Positions 18,460 to 28,268 of a DNA stretch of 64,000 bases are shown here, piece by piece. The stretch is from contig CAVZQN010000003.1 in assembly GCA_963777505.1 (NCBI GenBank), positions 288,001-352,000 on the forward strand. Reading direction: 5' to 3'. Position 1 is the stretch's first letter; each line of letters opens with the position of its first letter. The notes below the pieces were generated by a model. The model saw only the letters and a program-made list of their open reading frames with translations, made no database searches and had not been told where the DNA came from. Made by a program: the position numbers and the translations under genes. This DNA comes from an uncultured bacterium (lineage in GTDB: Bacteria > Acidobacteriota > HRBIN11 > JAKEFK01).

Positions 18460-19379
18460 CAGGAATTTATCATGATGCTTCAGTTAACGATGATCAAAGA
18501 AGGAATCTGATCTATCAGGGCAATTTGTTTGTTTACTCACCCACAACCGCCTCGCTAGAATTCTGTGCATTCGCGTCTGAAATGATTGCTTCTGCTTTTC
18601 ATCCATTGAGTCCTCAATCGGCTCAGGATCATATGCCAGTCGAAGAATATGCTGCATTGCTTGCCACGTTAAAACCAAAGTTTATTCATCATCCTCAATC
18701 TAAGGAGATGATTAAGCGAATTCTTATTGAATTGGAATGTGATCCATCAAAAACATACTTTGATGTTCCACGAATGCGGACATCGACCCACAGCGGATAC
18801 TTAACGTCAGGAATTTCCTATGCTTTTCATCCTCACCGTGACACATGGTATTCCGCGCCTGCGTGCCAGCTTAATTGGTGGATACCAATTTTTCAGGTTG
18901 AATCAGAAAATATTATGGCCTTTCATCCATATTATTTTGATCATCCCGTTAAGAATGGATCACGTGAATATAATTATTTTGAGTGGAACAAAGAAAGCAG
19001 AAAAGAAGCGGCAAAACATATTAAGGCGGATACGAGAAGACAGCCAAAACCCGAAGAACCCGTTAACCTGGAACCTCAAATCCGCATCGTGACACCTCCC
19101 GGTGGAATTTTGATATTTTCAGCAGCTCAACTCCATTCAACCGTTCCCAATACCACGCAAAAAACCAGATTCAGCATTGATTTCCGTACAGTAAATATCC
19201 AGGATGTTAGAAACAAAACAGGAGCACACAATGTTGATTCAGAATGTACAGGTACAACGCTTCGCGATTATCTGCGGTGTACGGATTTTGGAAAAATTCC
19301 GGAAGAAATGGTAAAACTCTATGATCCCAATGCTCCCGATGTAAATTCTGAAATACTTTCTACTGAACCTCATCATTGA
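18456..19379 (+). CDS. Putative 2OG-Fe(II)/PhyH-like oxygenase
   Basis: HPHRDTWY (HxD), distal H in QLHSTVPN, RFSIDFR (RxS). Confidence 0.6.
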   Translation: MTGIYHDASVNDDQRRNLIYQGNLFVYSPTTASLEFCAFASEMIASAFHPLSPQSAQDHMPVEEYAALLATLKPKFIHHPQSKEMIKRILIELECDPSKTYFDVPRMRTSTHSGYLTSGISYAFHPHRDTWYSAPACQLNWWIPIFQVESENIMAFHPYYFDHPVKNGSREYNYFEWNKESRKEAAKHIKADTRRQPKPEEPVNLEPQIRIVTPPGGILIFSAAQLHSTVPNTTQKTRFSIDFRTVNIQDVRNKTGAHNVDSECTGTTLRDYLRCTDFGKIPEEMVKLYDPNAPDVNSEILSTEPHH

Positions 19380-19384
19380 TAAAA

Positions 19385-20668
19385 ATGGAAAATTCAACAA
19401 CGACTATTTCAAAAGGGGTCGAAAGTAGCATCCCTGAAGCTGCACCAAATTGCCGGTTTTGCGGTTCCGCGTTGAAGCATACATTGGTGGATTTGGGCAT
19501 GTCTCCACTTTGTGAAAGTTTTCTCAGTGCACAGGAGTTGAACTGTGCGGAAAAATTTTATCCATTGCACGTTTTTGTTTGCAGCGAATGCTTTTTAGTT
19601 CAACTGGAAGAATATGTTAGTCCGGAGAAAATCTTCAGCCATTACGCATACTTCTCCTCATTTTCAGAAACGTGGCTCGAACATGCGCGCCGCTATTCTG
19701 AAATGGTAATCGATCGCTTTCATCTGTCGCAGGATAGCTTCGTCATTGAAGTCGCCAGCAATGATGGATATTTACTTCAGAATTTTGTTTCCCGCGGAAT
19801 TCCTGTATTGGGAATCGAGCCTGCAATCAATGTGGCCGAAGCAGCCGTGATGAAAGGGATCTCAACTTTAAGTGCGTTCTTTTCTCAGGAAACTGCGCGA
19901 AACTTAATAGCTACCGGGAAAAAAGCTGATTTAGTCATTGGAAACAATGTACTGGCACAGGTTCCAGCGCTGAATGATTTCGTTGCGGGGCTAAAAATAA
20001 TTCTCCAACCCAGAGGAGTTGTCACACTCGAATTTCCAGATCTTTTCCAACTATTGAAGGGCAACCAGTTTGACACCATCTATCATGAACATTTTTCATA
20101 TTTTTCTTTTTATTCTGCTGAAAGGATTTTTCGGAAACATGGGCTGGAAATTTTCGATATTGAAGAATTGCCGACTCATGGAGGCTCCATTCGAATCTTT
20201 TTGCATCATATAGAAGACGATTTTCATCAAGTCTCAAAAAACGTCGATGCATTCCGCCGTCAAGAGTTGAAGGATGGCGTCAATCAGCTTGAAACGTATT
20301 CCTCTTTTGGCGAAAGAGTGCACGAAACGAAAAGGAAATTATTAGAATTCTTAATTGCGGCTAAACGTTCAGGAAAAAAAATTGCCGGTTATGGCGCACC
20401 AGGCAAGGGTAATACACTACTGAACTATTGCGGCATACGAACCGATTTTCTGGAATACACTGTCGATAAGAGTCCATTTAAACAAGGAAAGTTTTTACCG
20501 GGAACCCATATTCCGATTTTTCCTCCAGAACAAATTCTCTCGACTCGTCCGGACTACCTGTTAATTCTTCCCTGGAATTTGAAAGACGAGATAATAAAGC
20601 AGATGGCTGTGATCAGGGATTGGGGTGGAAAATTTGTTGTGCCAATACCAGAAGTGACAGTTTATTAA
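19385..20668 (+). CDS. NDP-sugar C-methyltransferase (Zn-binding N-terminus, Methyltransf_13/14-type)
   Basis: CRFC...CSEC, EVASNDGYLL, FDTIYHEH, THGGSIR, GYGAPGKGNTLLNYCG, ILPWNL. Confidence 0.9.
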   Translation: MENSTTTISKGVESSIPEAAPNCRFCGSALKHTLVDLGMSPLCESFLSAQELNCAEKFYPLHVFVCSECFLVQLEEYVSPEKIFSHYAYFSSFSETWLEHARRYSEMVIDRFHLSQDSFVIEVASNDGYLLQNFVSRGIPVLGIEPAINVAEAAVMKGISTLSAFFSQETARNLIATGKKADLVIGNNVLAQVPALNDFVAGLKIILQPRGVVTLEFPDLFQLLKGNQFDTIYHEHFSYFSFYSAERIFRKHGLEIFDIEELPTHGGSIRIFLHHIEDDFHQVSKNVDAFRRQELKDGVNQLETYSSFGERVHETKRKLLEFLIAAKRSGKKIAGYGAPGKGNTLLNYCGIRTDFLEYTVDKSPFKQGKFLPGTHIPIFPPEQILSTRPDYLLILPWNLKDEIIKQMAVIRDWGGKFVVPIPEVTVY

Positions 20669-20698
20669 GTTTTAACATTTGAATTAGGAGATACGCTG

Positions 20699-21475
20699 AT
20701 GAAGGTTGTCCTGTTTTGTGGGGGATTGGGAATGCGTTTGCGTGAATTTTCCGAAATCATTCCCAAGCCGATGGTGACGATTGGGTATAGGCCCATTCTG
20801 TGGCATGTAATGAAATACTACGCGCATCATGGGCATAAAGAATTCATCTTATGCCTCGGATACAAAGCCGATTTGATCAAAGACTATTTTTTGAATTACA
20901 ACGAATATCTTTCGAATGATTTCACTATGACTTCAGGAGGCAAGAGCATTGAACTTGCCAATAGTGACATCGATGATTGGAAGATTCATTTTGTCGATAC
21001 CGGACTGACTGCGAACATTGGCCAACGCTTAAAAGCCGCGGAGAAATATCTGGACGGCGACGAAGTTTTTCTCGCAAATTACACTGATAATCTTACAGAC
21101 CTTCATCTCCCTCGTTTAGTCGACTTCTTCCAACGTGAAAACAAAGTAGCAGTTTTTGTTTGCTCACGTCCAAACGTAAGTTTCCATCTAGTAACCGCAT
21201 CGGAAAACGGTCAGGTCGAGGACATTCAAGATGTGGTCAAATCCGTTTTTTGGATCAACGGCGGGTTCTTTGTCTTTAAAAAAGAAATTTTCAAATATAT
21301 CAAGCACGGTGAAGAATTGGTGATGGAGCCATTTCAGAGACTGATAAAAGAAGGTCAGCTTGCTACCATTAGATATGATGGATTTTTTGTCAGCATGGAT
21401 ACGTTTAAAGAAAAGCAGATTTTGGATGACATGTATTCCCGTGGTGAAACTCCGTGGGAAGTTTGGAAGAAGTAG
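20699..21475 (+). CDS. rfbF: Glucose-1-phosphate cytidylyltransferase-like
   Basis: MKVVLFCGGLGMRL, PKPMVTIG, LCLGYK, VDTG, WINGGFF, SMDTFKEK, PWEVW. Confidence 0.85.
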   Translation: MKVVLFCGGLGMRLREFSEIIPKPMVTIGYRPILWHVMKYYAHHGHKEFILCLGYKADLIKDYFLNYNEYLSNDFTMTSGGKSIELANSDIDDWKIHFVDTGLTANIGQRLKAAEKYLDGDEVFLANYTDNLTDLHLPRLVDFFQRENKVAVFVCSRPNVSFHLVTASENGQVEDIQDVVKSVFWINGGFFVFKKEIFKYIKHGEELVMEPFQRLIKEGQLATIRYDGFFVSMDTFKEKQILDDMYSRGETPWEVWKK

Positions 21476-21577
21476 AACTAGCCCCCCATAGTTCATTTAT
21501 AAAGAAAGTTCCTGTAGAATATCTTATTAATACACGATAAAGCATTCTAATTGTGAGAGGAGAGGATAGGAGAACCC

Positions 21578-22855
21578 TTGGCGGATCCTGTAATTCGATC
21601 TATCGGTCTATCTAAAAGATATCGGATATCGCAAGAAGATAAGGCGAAGTACGGCACTTTACGGGATAGTCTGGCGGGAGTATTTAAGAATACCTTCGCA
21701 GCTTTTAATAAACTTGGAAGTAATCACAAACGAACGAACAACAATGAAGATAATCATATTTGGGCTCTCAAAGATGTTTCGTTTGAAATTCATCCAGGAG
21801 AAGCGATCGGGCTTATTGGAGCAAATGGAGCAGGAAAAAGCACACTATTAAAAATCCTTTCTCGCATTACAGACCCGACGGAGGGCCGTGTTGAGATATA
21901 TGGAAGAGTAGGATCGCTGCTCGAAGTAGGCACAGGATTTCATCCAGAACTAACGGGGCGAGAAAATCTTTTTCTCAGTGGTGCAATTCTCGGGATGAAG
22001 AAAACCGAGATCATTGCGAAGCTCGATGAGATTATTGCTTTCTCCGGCCTGGAAAAGTTTGTAGATACACCTTTGAAATTCTACTCAAGCGGGATGTTCA
22101 TCCGGCTTGCCTTTGCGGTCGCTGCACATCTCGAACCGGATATCTTACTTGTAGACGAAGTTCTTGCTGTGGGAGATGCTGAGTTCCAGCAAAAGTGTCT
22201 CGGTAAACTGGGAGGAGTCACAAATCAGGGTAGAACAGTAATTTTTGTAAGTCACAATATGGGTGCGATTCAATCTCTATGTACCAGAGCTCTCCTGTTA
22301 CAGAACGGCAATCTTGTCGAGTCAGGAGATCCAAGGCGCGTGATAGGAGACTATTTGTCAGGAATACATTCTGAACCGATGGATAGTCTCAAATTAGACC
22401 TGGACAGCGAACATCTGACTGTCCATAGAATCACCGTCGAGCAGGACGGACATTATGAGGGCGCTCCCCTTAGAGCAGACGAGGAAACCCGCGTCCTTGT
22501 GCATTATTTCGTCAAGCAGCCACTTTCTCAGGTCGAACTCGGCTTTGATGTTATTAGCAGTAGTGACGTTCATTTGTTTCGGACGTATGATTTAGCTATT
22601 CATGGAATGGGCGTACGAAAGCCGGGCGAATATATTTCCGTACTTAGATTCCCGGCGAGATTGTTTCAATACGGAACATATTTCCTCGATTTTCTTCTTG
22701 GAGTTGTTTGGATGAAAGGATGGATTTCGAAAGGAGAGATCCGTATGAAGCTTGTATTTGAGGGAGCGAAAGTTCGAAAAGCAGACTACCCTGGTGTGAT
22801 TCAGGAGCAAGGTACTTGGGAAGTAAGGGCACTAGAATCTCAAAACAGGGTTTAG
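21578..22855 (+). CDS. wzt: Polysaccharide ABC transporter ATPase (Wzt) with C-terminal carbohydrate-binding domain
   Basis: GANGAGKST, GTGFHPELTGREN, YSSGM, DEVLAVGD, VSH; C-terminal extension of ~160 aa. Confidence 0.93.
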   Translation: MADPVIRSIGLSKRYRISQEDKAKYGTLRDSLAGVFKNTFAAFNKLGSNHKRTNNNEDNHIWALKDVSFEIHPGEAIGLIGANGAGKSTLLKILSRITDPTEGRVEIYGRVGSLLEVGTGFHPELTGRENLFLSGAILGMKKTEIIAKLDEIIAFSGLEKFVDTPLKFYSSGMFIRLAFAVAAHLEPDILLVDEVLAVGDAEFQQKCLGKLGGVTNQGRTVIFVSHNMGAIQSLCTRALLLQNGNLVESGDPRRVIGDYLSGIHSEPMDSLKLDLDSEHLTVHRITVEQDGHYEGAPLRADEETRVLVHYFVKQPLSQVELGFDVISSSDVHLFRTYDLAIHGMGVRKPGEYISVLRFPARLFQYGTYFLDFLLGVVWMKGWISKGEIRMKLVFEGAKVRKADYPGVIQEQGTWEVRALESQNRV

Positions 22856-22871
22856 TCTTGCAGGGGGAAAG

Positions 22872-23804
22872 ATGAGTCCGAAAGTTAGCATTGGGATGCC
22901 TGTCTACAATGCTGAAAGTTTTTTAGAAGAAGCAATTGACTCAATTCTTTCCCAAACGTTCACTGATTTTCAAGTAATTATTTCCGACAATGCCTCGACC
23001 GATTCAACTGCCGCCATCTGCCAGAAATATGTAGATCAGGATTCTCGCGTTAAATATTTCCGGAATAAAGTAAATCTGGGAATTTCAAGAAACTATCGCG
23101 CTGCCTTTGAGCGTACTTCTGAGACTCCGTATTTTAAGTGGGCTGCATATGATGACGTATTGGATCCACAATATTTGGAAAAATGTGTTTCAGCATTGGA
23201 TGAAGATCCTATGCGCGTCTGTGTGCATACTTTTCAAAAAGAAATTGACGGAGACGGAAAAGTAGCCGGACTTTTTGCGGAATTACGTTGTAGTGAATCT
23301 CCATCACCGCATATCCGTTTCGGCGAAGTTATTCATTGTTCTCCAGATTTGATCTTTGTTGGCGATTCTGTGATTCGAAGATCTGTGTTGGAACGCACAT
23401 CTCTTTTTAGAGGATATCCACGCGATGACTTTACACTCCTCGGAGAACTGGCTTTGTATGGAAAACTTTTTGTAATCCCCGAATATTTATTTTCCAGACG
23501 CTTCCATAAGGATAGAGTTTGCAATACAAGTGTCTATAACCGAATCATCGTTGAAGACCCATCGAAGGCAGGTAAACTAGTTTTGCCGGCCTGGTGTTTA
23601 TGGCGTGATTATTTTTCTCTTTCTTTTGGCGTGCCGTTAAGCCTAAAGGAACGGTTTCTTTGCTCGGTGAAGGCGCTAACCAGTGTATTTAACCAGGAAT
23701 CCTATTACCTGCTTAAGCGTGATTTAAAGTGGGCTGCAGTTCAAGTGGTCAAACACAGGCAAGAACGCGCAGTGCTCCGCGAAACCGTGAAAAGGAAATA
23801 TTAG
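22872..23804 (+). CDS. Glycosyltransferase family 2
   Basis: VSIGMPVYNAE, SDNASTDST, YFKWAAYDD. Confidence 0.9.
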   Translation: MSPKVSIGMPVYNAESFLEEAIDSILSQTFTDFQVIISDNASTDSTAAICQKYVDQDSRVKYFRNKVNLGISRNYRAAFERTSETPYFKWAAYDDVLDPQYLEKCVSALDEDPMRVCVHTFQKEIDGDGKVAGLFAELRCSESPSPHIRFGEVIHCSPDLIFVGDSVIRRSVLERTSLFRGYPRDDFTLLGELALYGKLFVIPEYLFSRRFHKDRVCNTSVYNRIIVEDPSKAGKLVLPAWCLWRDYFSLSFGVPLSLKERFLCSVKALTSVFNQESYYLLKRDLKWAAVQVVKHRQERAVLRETVKRKY

Positions 23805-23916
23805 ATTTATTCAGTCTGATCCAAACATTCCCTTTTTGGTTTTAGCAATTGTTAACAATCACCATTAGATAAGGTTGATCCATAGTTATTTCTTGGGTTG
23901 AAGAGAATCATTTTTA

Positions 23917-25224
23917 ATGAAATTTGAAAAATCGAAAGAACTGCGGAAAAGAATGCATCGTTTGATTCCTGGCGGTGCTCATACATATGCAAAAGGGGAT
24001 GATCAATTTCCTGAAGATTCTCCTGCTTTGATAGTTCGTGGACAAGGGTGTCGAGTTCAAGATGTTGATGGCAACGAATTTATTGAATATGGAATGGGAC
24101 TTCGTACTGTCACACTTGGCCACGCTCATCCGCGAGTTGTTGATGCTGCGTCAAAGCAGCTTCAATCAGGATGCAATTTCACGCGTCCTTCACTTTTAGA
24201 ATTAGAGTGTGCGGAAGAATTTTTAAGTTTTGTTCCGACTGCCGAAATGGTCAAGTTTTCTAAAAATGGTTCCGATGCTACTAGCGCTGCAGTCAGACTT
24301 GCTCGCGCTTACACCGGTCGCGATATGGTTGCTATTTGTGCCGAACATCCATTCTTTTCCATAAACGATTGGTTCATTGGAACGATGGAGATGAATGCAG
24401 GAATACCCGAAACGACGCGAGCGCTGACGCTGAAGTTTCATTACAATGATGCTGAATCCCTTGCTAAAATCTTTCACAAATTCGCCAATCGGATTGCTTG
24501 TGTCATGCTTGAAGCTGCCACATGGATTGAACCTAAAAACAATTTTCTTTCGGATGTCCAGACTATATGCAAAGAAAACAATGCAATATTTATCCTGGAT
24601 GAAATGATTACGGGTTTTCGATGGGATAATGGCGGTGCCCAAAAGGTCTATGGAATCACACCTGATCTTTCCTCTTTTGGAAAAGCGATGGCAAACGGAT
24701 TTGCTCTGTCGGCCCTGGCTGGAAAAAAAGAAATTATGGAACGAGGTGGGATTCAGCATGACGGTGAACGCGTTTTTGTTTTATCGACAACTCATGGCGC
24801 CGAAACTCATGCATTGGCAGCTGCAATAGAAACGATGAAAGTATATCGAGAGGAAAATGTGATTGGGACTCTATATCGTCAGGGCAGCCGTCTTTCAAAC
24901 GGAATCAATCGCATCATTTCCGAATTGGAGTTAGAAGATTATTTCCAGATTGCAGGCCGCGCATGTAACTTAATCTATATGACTCGTGATTCGAATCGTG
25001 TTCCTTCACAGGCTTTTCGTACTCTTTTTATGCAGGAAATGATCAGGCATGGATTCTTAGCGCCATCATTTGTTGTTAGTATTGCTCATACAGATGACAT
25101 TATTGATCAGACAATTGATTGTGTTGAAGAGTCCTTGCGCATTTACAAGCGCGCCCTGGAAGAGGGAATAGAAAAATATCTTACTGGCAGACCGGTAAAG
25201 CCCGTAAATCGACGTTTTAATTAG
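23917..25224 (+). CDS. Class III PLP aminotransferase (glutamate-1-semialdehyde aminomutase-like), polysaccharide-associated
   Basis: IPGGAHTYAKGDDQFP, FSKNGSDAT, DEMITGFR, FGKAMANG, STTHG. Confidence 0.85.
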   Translation: MKFEKSKELRKRMHRLIPGGAHTYAKGDDQFPEDSPALIVRGQGCRVQDVDGNEFIEYGMGLRTVTLGHAHPRVVDAASKQLQSGCNFTRPSLLELECAEEFLSFVPTAEMVKFSKNGSDATSAAVRLARAYTGRDMVAICAEHPFFSINDWFIGTMEMNAGIPETTRALTLKFHYNDAESLAKIFHKFANRIACVMLEAATWIEPKNNFLSDVQTICKENNAIFILDEMITGFRWDNGGAQKVYGITPDLSSFGKAMANGFALSALAGKKEIMERGGIQHDGERVFVLSTTHGAETHALAAAIETMKVYREENVIGTLYRQGSRLSNGINRIISELELEDYFQIAGRACNLIYMTRDSNRVPSQAFRTLFMQEMIRHGFLAPSFVVSIAHTDDIIDQTIDCVEESLRIYKRALEEGIEKYLTGRPVKPVNRRFN

Positions 25225-25225
25225 T

Positions 25226-25870
25226 ATGTTTAAGCCTCAAATAATTGCACCTTCAAATAAACCTTTAAAGGTACTTTGTCTTGGCGCTCATTCAGACGAT
25301 ATCGAAATTGGATGTGGAGCAACTGTACTCAAACTTTCAGAAGCCATGCCGGTAGAATTTTCCTGGGTTGTTTTCAGTTCAGGTGAAGTAAGAGAAAAGG
25401 AAGCGAAAAAAAGTGCTGAACTTTTTCTCGAAAAGGCAATTTCAAAGGAAGTTATTGTAAAGGATTTTCGGAATGGTTTTTTTCCGTATATCGCAGTTGA
25501 AATTAAGGAATATTTTGAATCCCTGAAAAGTACGATTCATCCCGATCTGATTTTTACCCATTGCAACAAAGATTTGCATCAAGACCACCGTTTGATCTCA
25601 GAACTCACATGGAATACTTTTCGGAACCACTGGATCCTCGAATTTGAAATCCCCAAATATGATGGTGATTTTGGTACGCCAAATATCTTTTTTGAAATCG
25701 ACGAACAGATTGCCAGAAGAAAAGCAAACTACATAATCGAATCTTTCCCGAGTCAAAAAAGCAAACATTGGTTCACCGCTGATACATTCCTTTCCCTCCT
25801 CAGGCTCAGAGGTGTTGAATCAGCATCTCCATTCGCGGAAGCATTTTACTGCCGCAAAACAATCCTCTAG
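25226..25870 (+). CDS. PIG-L/LmbE family deacetylase
   Basis: LGAHSDDIEIGCG, HQDH, FPSQ. Confidence 0.88.
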   Translation: MFKPQIIAPSNKPLKVLCLGAHSDDIEIGCGATVLKLSEAMPVEFSWVVFSSGEVREKEAKKSAELFLEKAISKEVIVKDFRNGFFPYIAVEIKEYFESLKSTIHPDLIFTHCNKDLHQDHRLISELTWNTFRNHWILEFEIPKYDGDFGTPNIFFEIDEQIARRKANYIIESFPSQKSKHWFTADTFLSLLRLRGVESASPFAEAFYCRKTIL

Positions 25871-25880
25871 GACTTTCGAA

Positions 25881-27008
25881 ATGCCCAGAAAAATCAGAGT
25901 CTTGTTAACGGTTCCTCATCTTCATAGCACCCAGAGTCCCTACAGGGAAATGATTGCGATTGTCCGCTATCTTCCGAGAACTGAGTTTGAATTGACAGTA
26001 TGTGCCCTGCGGGATACTCCAAATGAGGATACAGTTTCAGTGCTGAATTTGTATCGAATTCCATGGATGATTGCGCGTTTCCGGCCGCGAGGGAAAACGT
26101 TTAAGAAAATGTTTGAAAGCCTTCGGGATCAAAAGGTTATCGATCAAAAAGGTCCTTTTGATATTCAACATTCATTAGACTTCACCTCATCTCCATTTGA
26201 AGCCTATATGGCTCACAGGAAAGGGAGACTATATATTTTTAGCCAACGAAATCTAAATGAAGGCGGAAATAGCGCATTACTTCGTCTAAAGTCTCTTCTT
26301 GCAGACAAAATTATTGCCATTTCAGATCAGACGTTGAACCTGGCGCTGAATCACGGTGCATCCGCTTCGAAACTAAAAAAAATTCATAACGGAATTGATA
26401 TTCAGGATATTAAGAAAGAAGACGGGTTATCCGAACAATTACCTTTCAAAAGATTTGTTCTTTCCGTTGGGCACGTGGAGCGTCGAAAACGGCATGAAGA
26501 TGCAATTAGAGCTTTAGCTAAACTGGATCCTAAAGAGGATGAACTTCATCTCGCAATTGCCGGCGGCATTCATGATCAAGATTATTTTCAGGAATTGCAA
26601 AAACTCATCCAGAAGCTCAATCTGAGCGACCGTGTGAGTTTTTTGGGAAGCAGAAAAGACATTATTAGTTTAATGAAAAGGGCTGAACTTCTAATTCTGT
26701 GTTCTGAAAGTGAAGGAGGCGGACCACCCTGGGTCTTACTGGAAGCCATGGCGGTGGGACTGCCTATTGTAGTTTCTGATATCGATGGAAATACCAAAGC
26801 GATCACAAATGGAGAAACCGGAATTATTGTCCCTGTGGCAAACGTACCGGCATACGCTCAAGCTATTTCATTGTTGTTGAATGATCATACTGTTCGAAAT
26901 ACTCTTGCTGAAAATTCTGAGAAGCTCTTGAATGAGAGGTTTTCTGCACAAGCGATGGTTGATAATGTGTCAAATGTGTATAGAGAACTCATAAATTCAA
27001 GCAACTAA
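25881..27008 (+). CDS. Glycosyltransferase family 4
   Basis: Start moved to ATG 25881; VGHVERRKRH, EGGGPPWVLLEAMAVGLP. Confidence 0.88.
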   Translation: MPRKIRVLLTVPHLHSTQSPYREMIAIVRYLPRTEFELTVCALRDTPNEDTVSVLNLYRIPWMIARFRPRGKTFKKMFESLRDQKVIDQKGPFDIQHSLDFTSSPFEAYMAHRKGRLYIFSQRNLNEGGNSALLRLKSLLADKIIAISDQTLNLALNHGASASKLKKIHNGIDIQDIKKEDGLSEQLPFKRFVLSVGHVERRKRHEDAIRALAKLDPKEDELHLAIAGGIHDQDYFQELQKLIQKLNLSDRVSFLGSRKDIISLMKRAELLILCSESEGGGPPWVLLEAMAVGLPIVVSDIDGNTKAITNGETGIIVPVANVPAYAQAISLLLNDHTVRNTLAENSEKLLNERFSAQAMVDNVSNVYRELINSSN

Positions 27009-27051
27009 CATTGGATCTCTACGAAAAAAAATCTTATTGTCCTTCTAATAT

Positions 27052-28263
27052 ATGAGAATTGTTCTTTCCGTAATTCATTTTCCGAGATACTCGGAATCTT
27101 TTATCGTAAATAAATTTGTAGGTTTACTGGATCAGGGCTTGGACGTTCGTCTGGTGTGTTCTGCCAGTAATTTTGGCGAATGGCGCCGATTGTATTCGAG
27201 TATTGGAAATTACAAACGCATCTGGTCGCGAATCTATGAAAGCTGGCCGCAAGAGCCCGTCTGGCTGGCTGCGCTGTTGTTGCCCTTCATATTCATTAAA
27301 TGTTTCTTAATAAACCCTAAGGGAACATGGAGATATATATCAAAAGGAAAGGCTCTTTTTCCCGGAAAGCTCCTGCGGAATTTTTATTCGGATGCAGTCT
27401 ACATTGCATTGAAGCCGGATGTTCTCCATTTTGAATTTGGAACGCTTGCCGTGGGAAGAATGCACTTGAAAGAAATATTAGAATGCAGAGTCTTTGTGAG
27501 TTTCAGAGGATATGACTTGAATTATGTCGGGCTTAACAAACCAGATTATTACCGTGATGTATTTGAGCAAGCAGATATGATCCATTTGCTTGGTGAGGAT
27601 CTCTGGAAAAGAGCACAACGTCGAGGCTGTAGCCCCGAAAAGAAACATGTGCTCATCAGCCCAGCAATTGATCCGTCCCTTTTCCAAATCGATGAGAACA
27701 GAATTGCTCCGAACGGGAAAATTCGCATTATCAGTGTAGGAAGATTGGAATGGAAAAAAGGATATGAATATGCTCTGCAGGCAATCCGCTCACTGCGAGA
27801 TCAGGGCATTGATTGCGAGTACAAGATTATAGGAGATGGAAAATACTTAGAATCCCTTTCATTCATTCGATCAATCCTTGGATTGGAGGAAGTAGTCACA
27901 TTTTTAGCATCGTGTGAGCAGAAAAAAGTTCGCGAAGAATTATTGAATGCTGACATATTTTTGCACGCGGCAGTTTCAGAAGGATTTTGCAATGCAGTCA
28001 TTGAAGCGCAAGCAATGAAACTTCCTGTAGTTTGTTCTGATGCAGACGGGCTTTCTGAAAATGTTGAAGATGGCGTTACTGGTTTTGTGGTCTCCCGCAG
28101 GAATGGAGCCGCTTTAGCTGAAAAAATCAGCATTCTCGCCAGAGATCAGCAGCTGCGACAGCAAATGGGGGAAGCGGGCAGACAAAGAGTTTTGCAACAT
28201 TTCTCCAAGGCAGATCAAATTGAGGCATTCCGAAATTTGTACCAACAATTCGGGAATTCATAA
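27052..28263 (+). CDS. Glycosyltransferase family 4 (WcaL-like)
   Basis: FPRYSESFI, SVGRLEWKKGY, SEGFCNAVIEAQAMKLPVV. Confidence 0.9.
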   Translation: MRIVLSVIHFPRYSESFIVNKFVGLLDQGLDVRLVCSASNFGEWRRLYSSIGNYKRIWSRIYESWPQEPVWLAALLLPFIFIKCFLINPKGTWRYISKGKALFPGKLLRNFYSDAVYIALKPDVLHFEFGTLAVGRMHLKEILECRVFVSFRGYDLNYVGLNKPDYYRDVFEQADMIHLLGEDLWKRAQRRGCSPEKKHVLISPAIDPSLFQIDENRIAPNGKIRIISVGRLEWKKGYEYALQAIRSLRDQGIDCEYKIIGDGKYLESLSFIRSILGLEEVVTFLASCEQKKVREELLNADIFLHAAVSEGFCNAVIEAQAMKLPVVCSDADGLSENVEDGVTGFVVSRRNGAALAEKISILARDQQLRQQMGEAGRQRVLQHFSKADQIEAFRNLYQQFGNS

Positions 28264-28268
28264 CTGAT

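Noticed and set aside
23917-25224. Calling this gene hemL
   Set aside because: The polysaccharide-locus context and the GGAHTYAKGDDQ N-terminus differ from housekeeping HemL.
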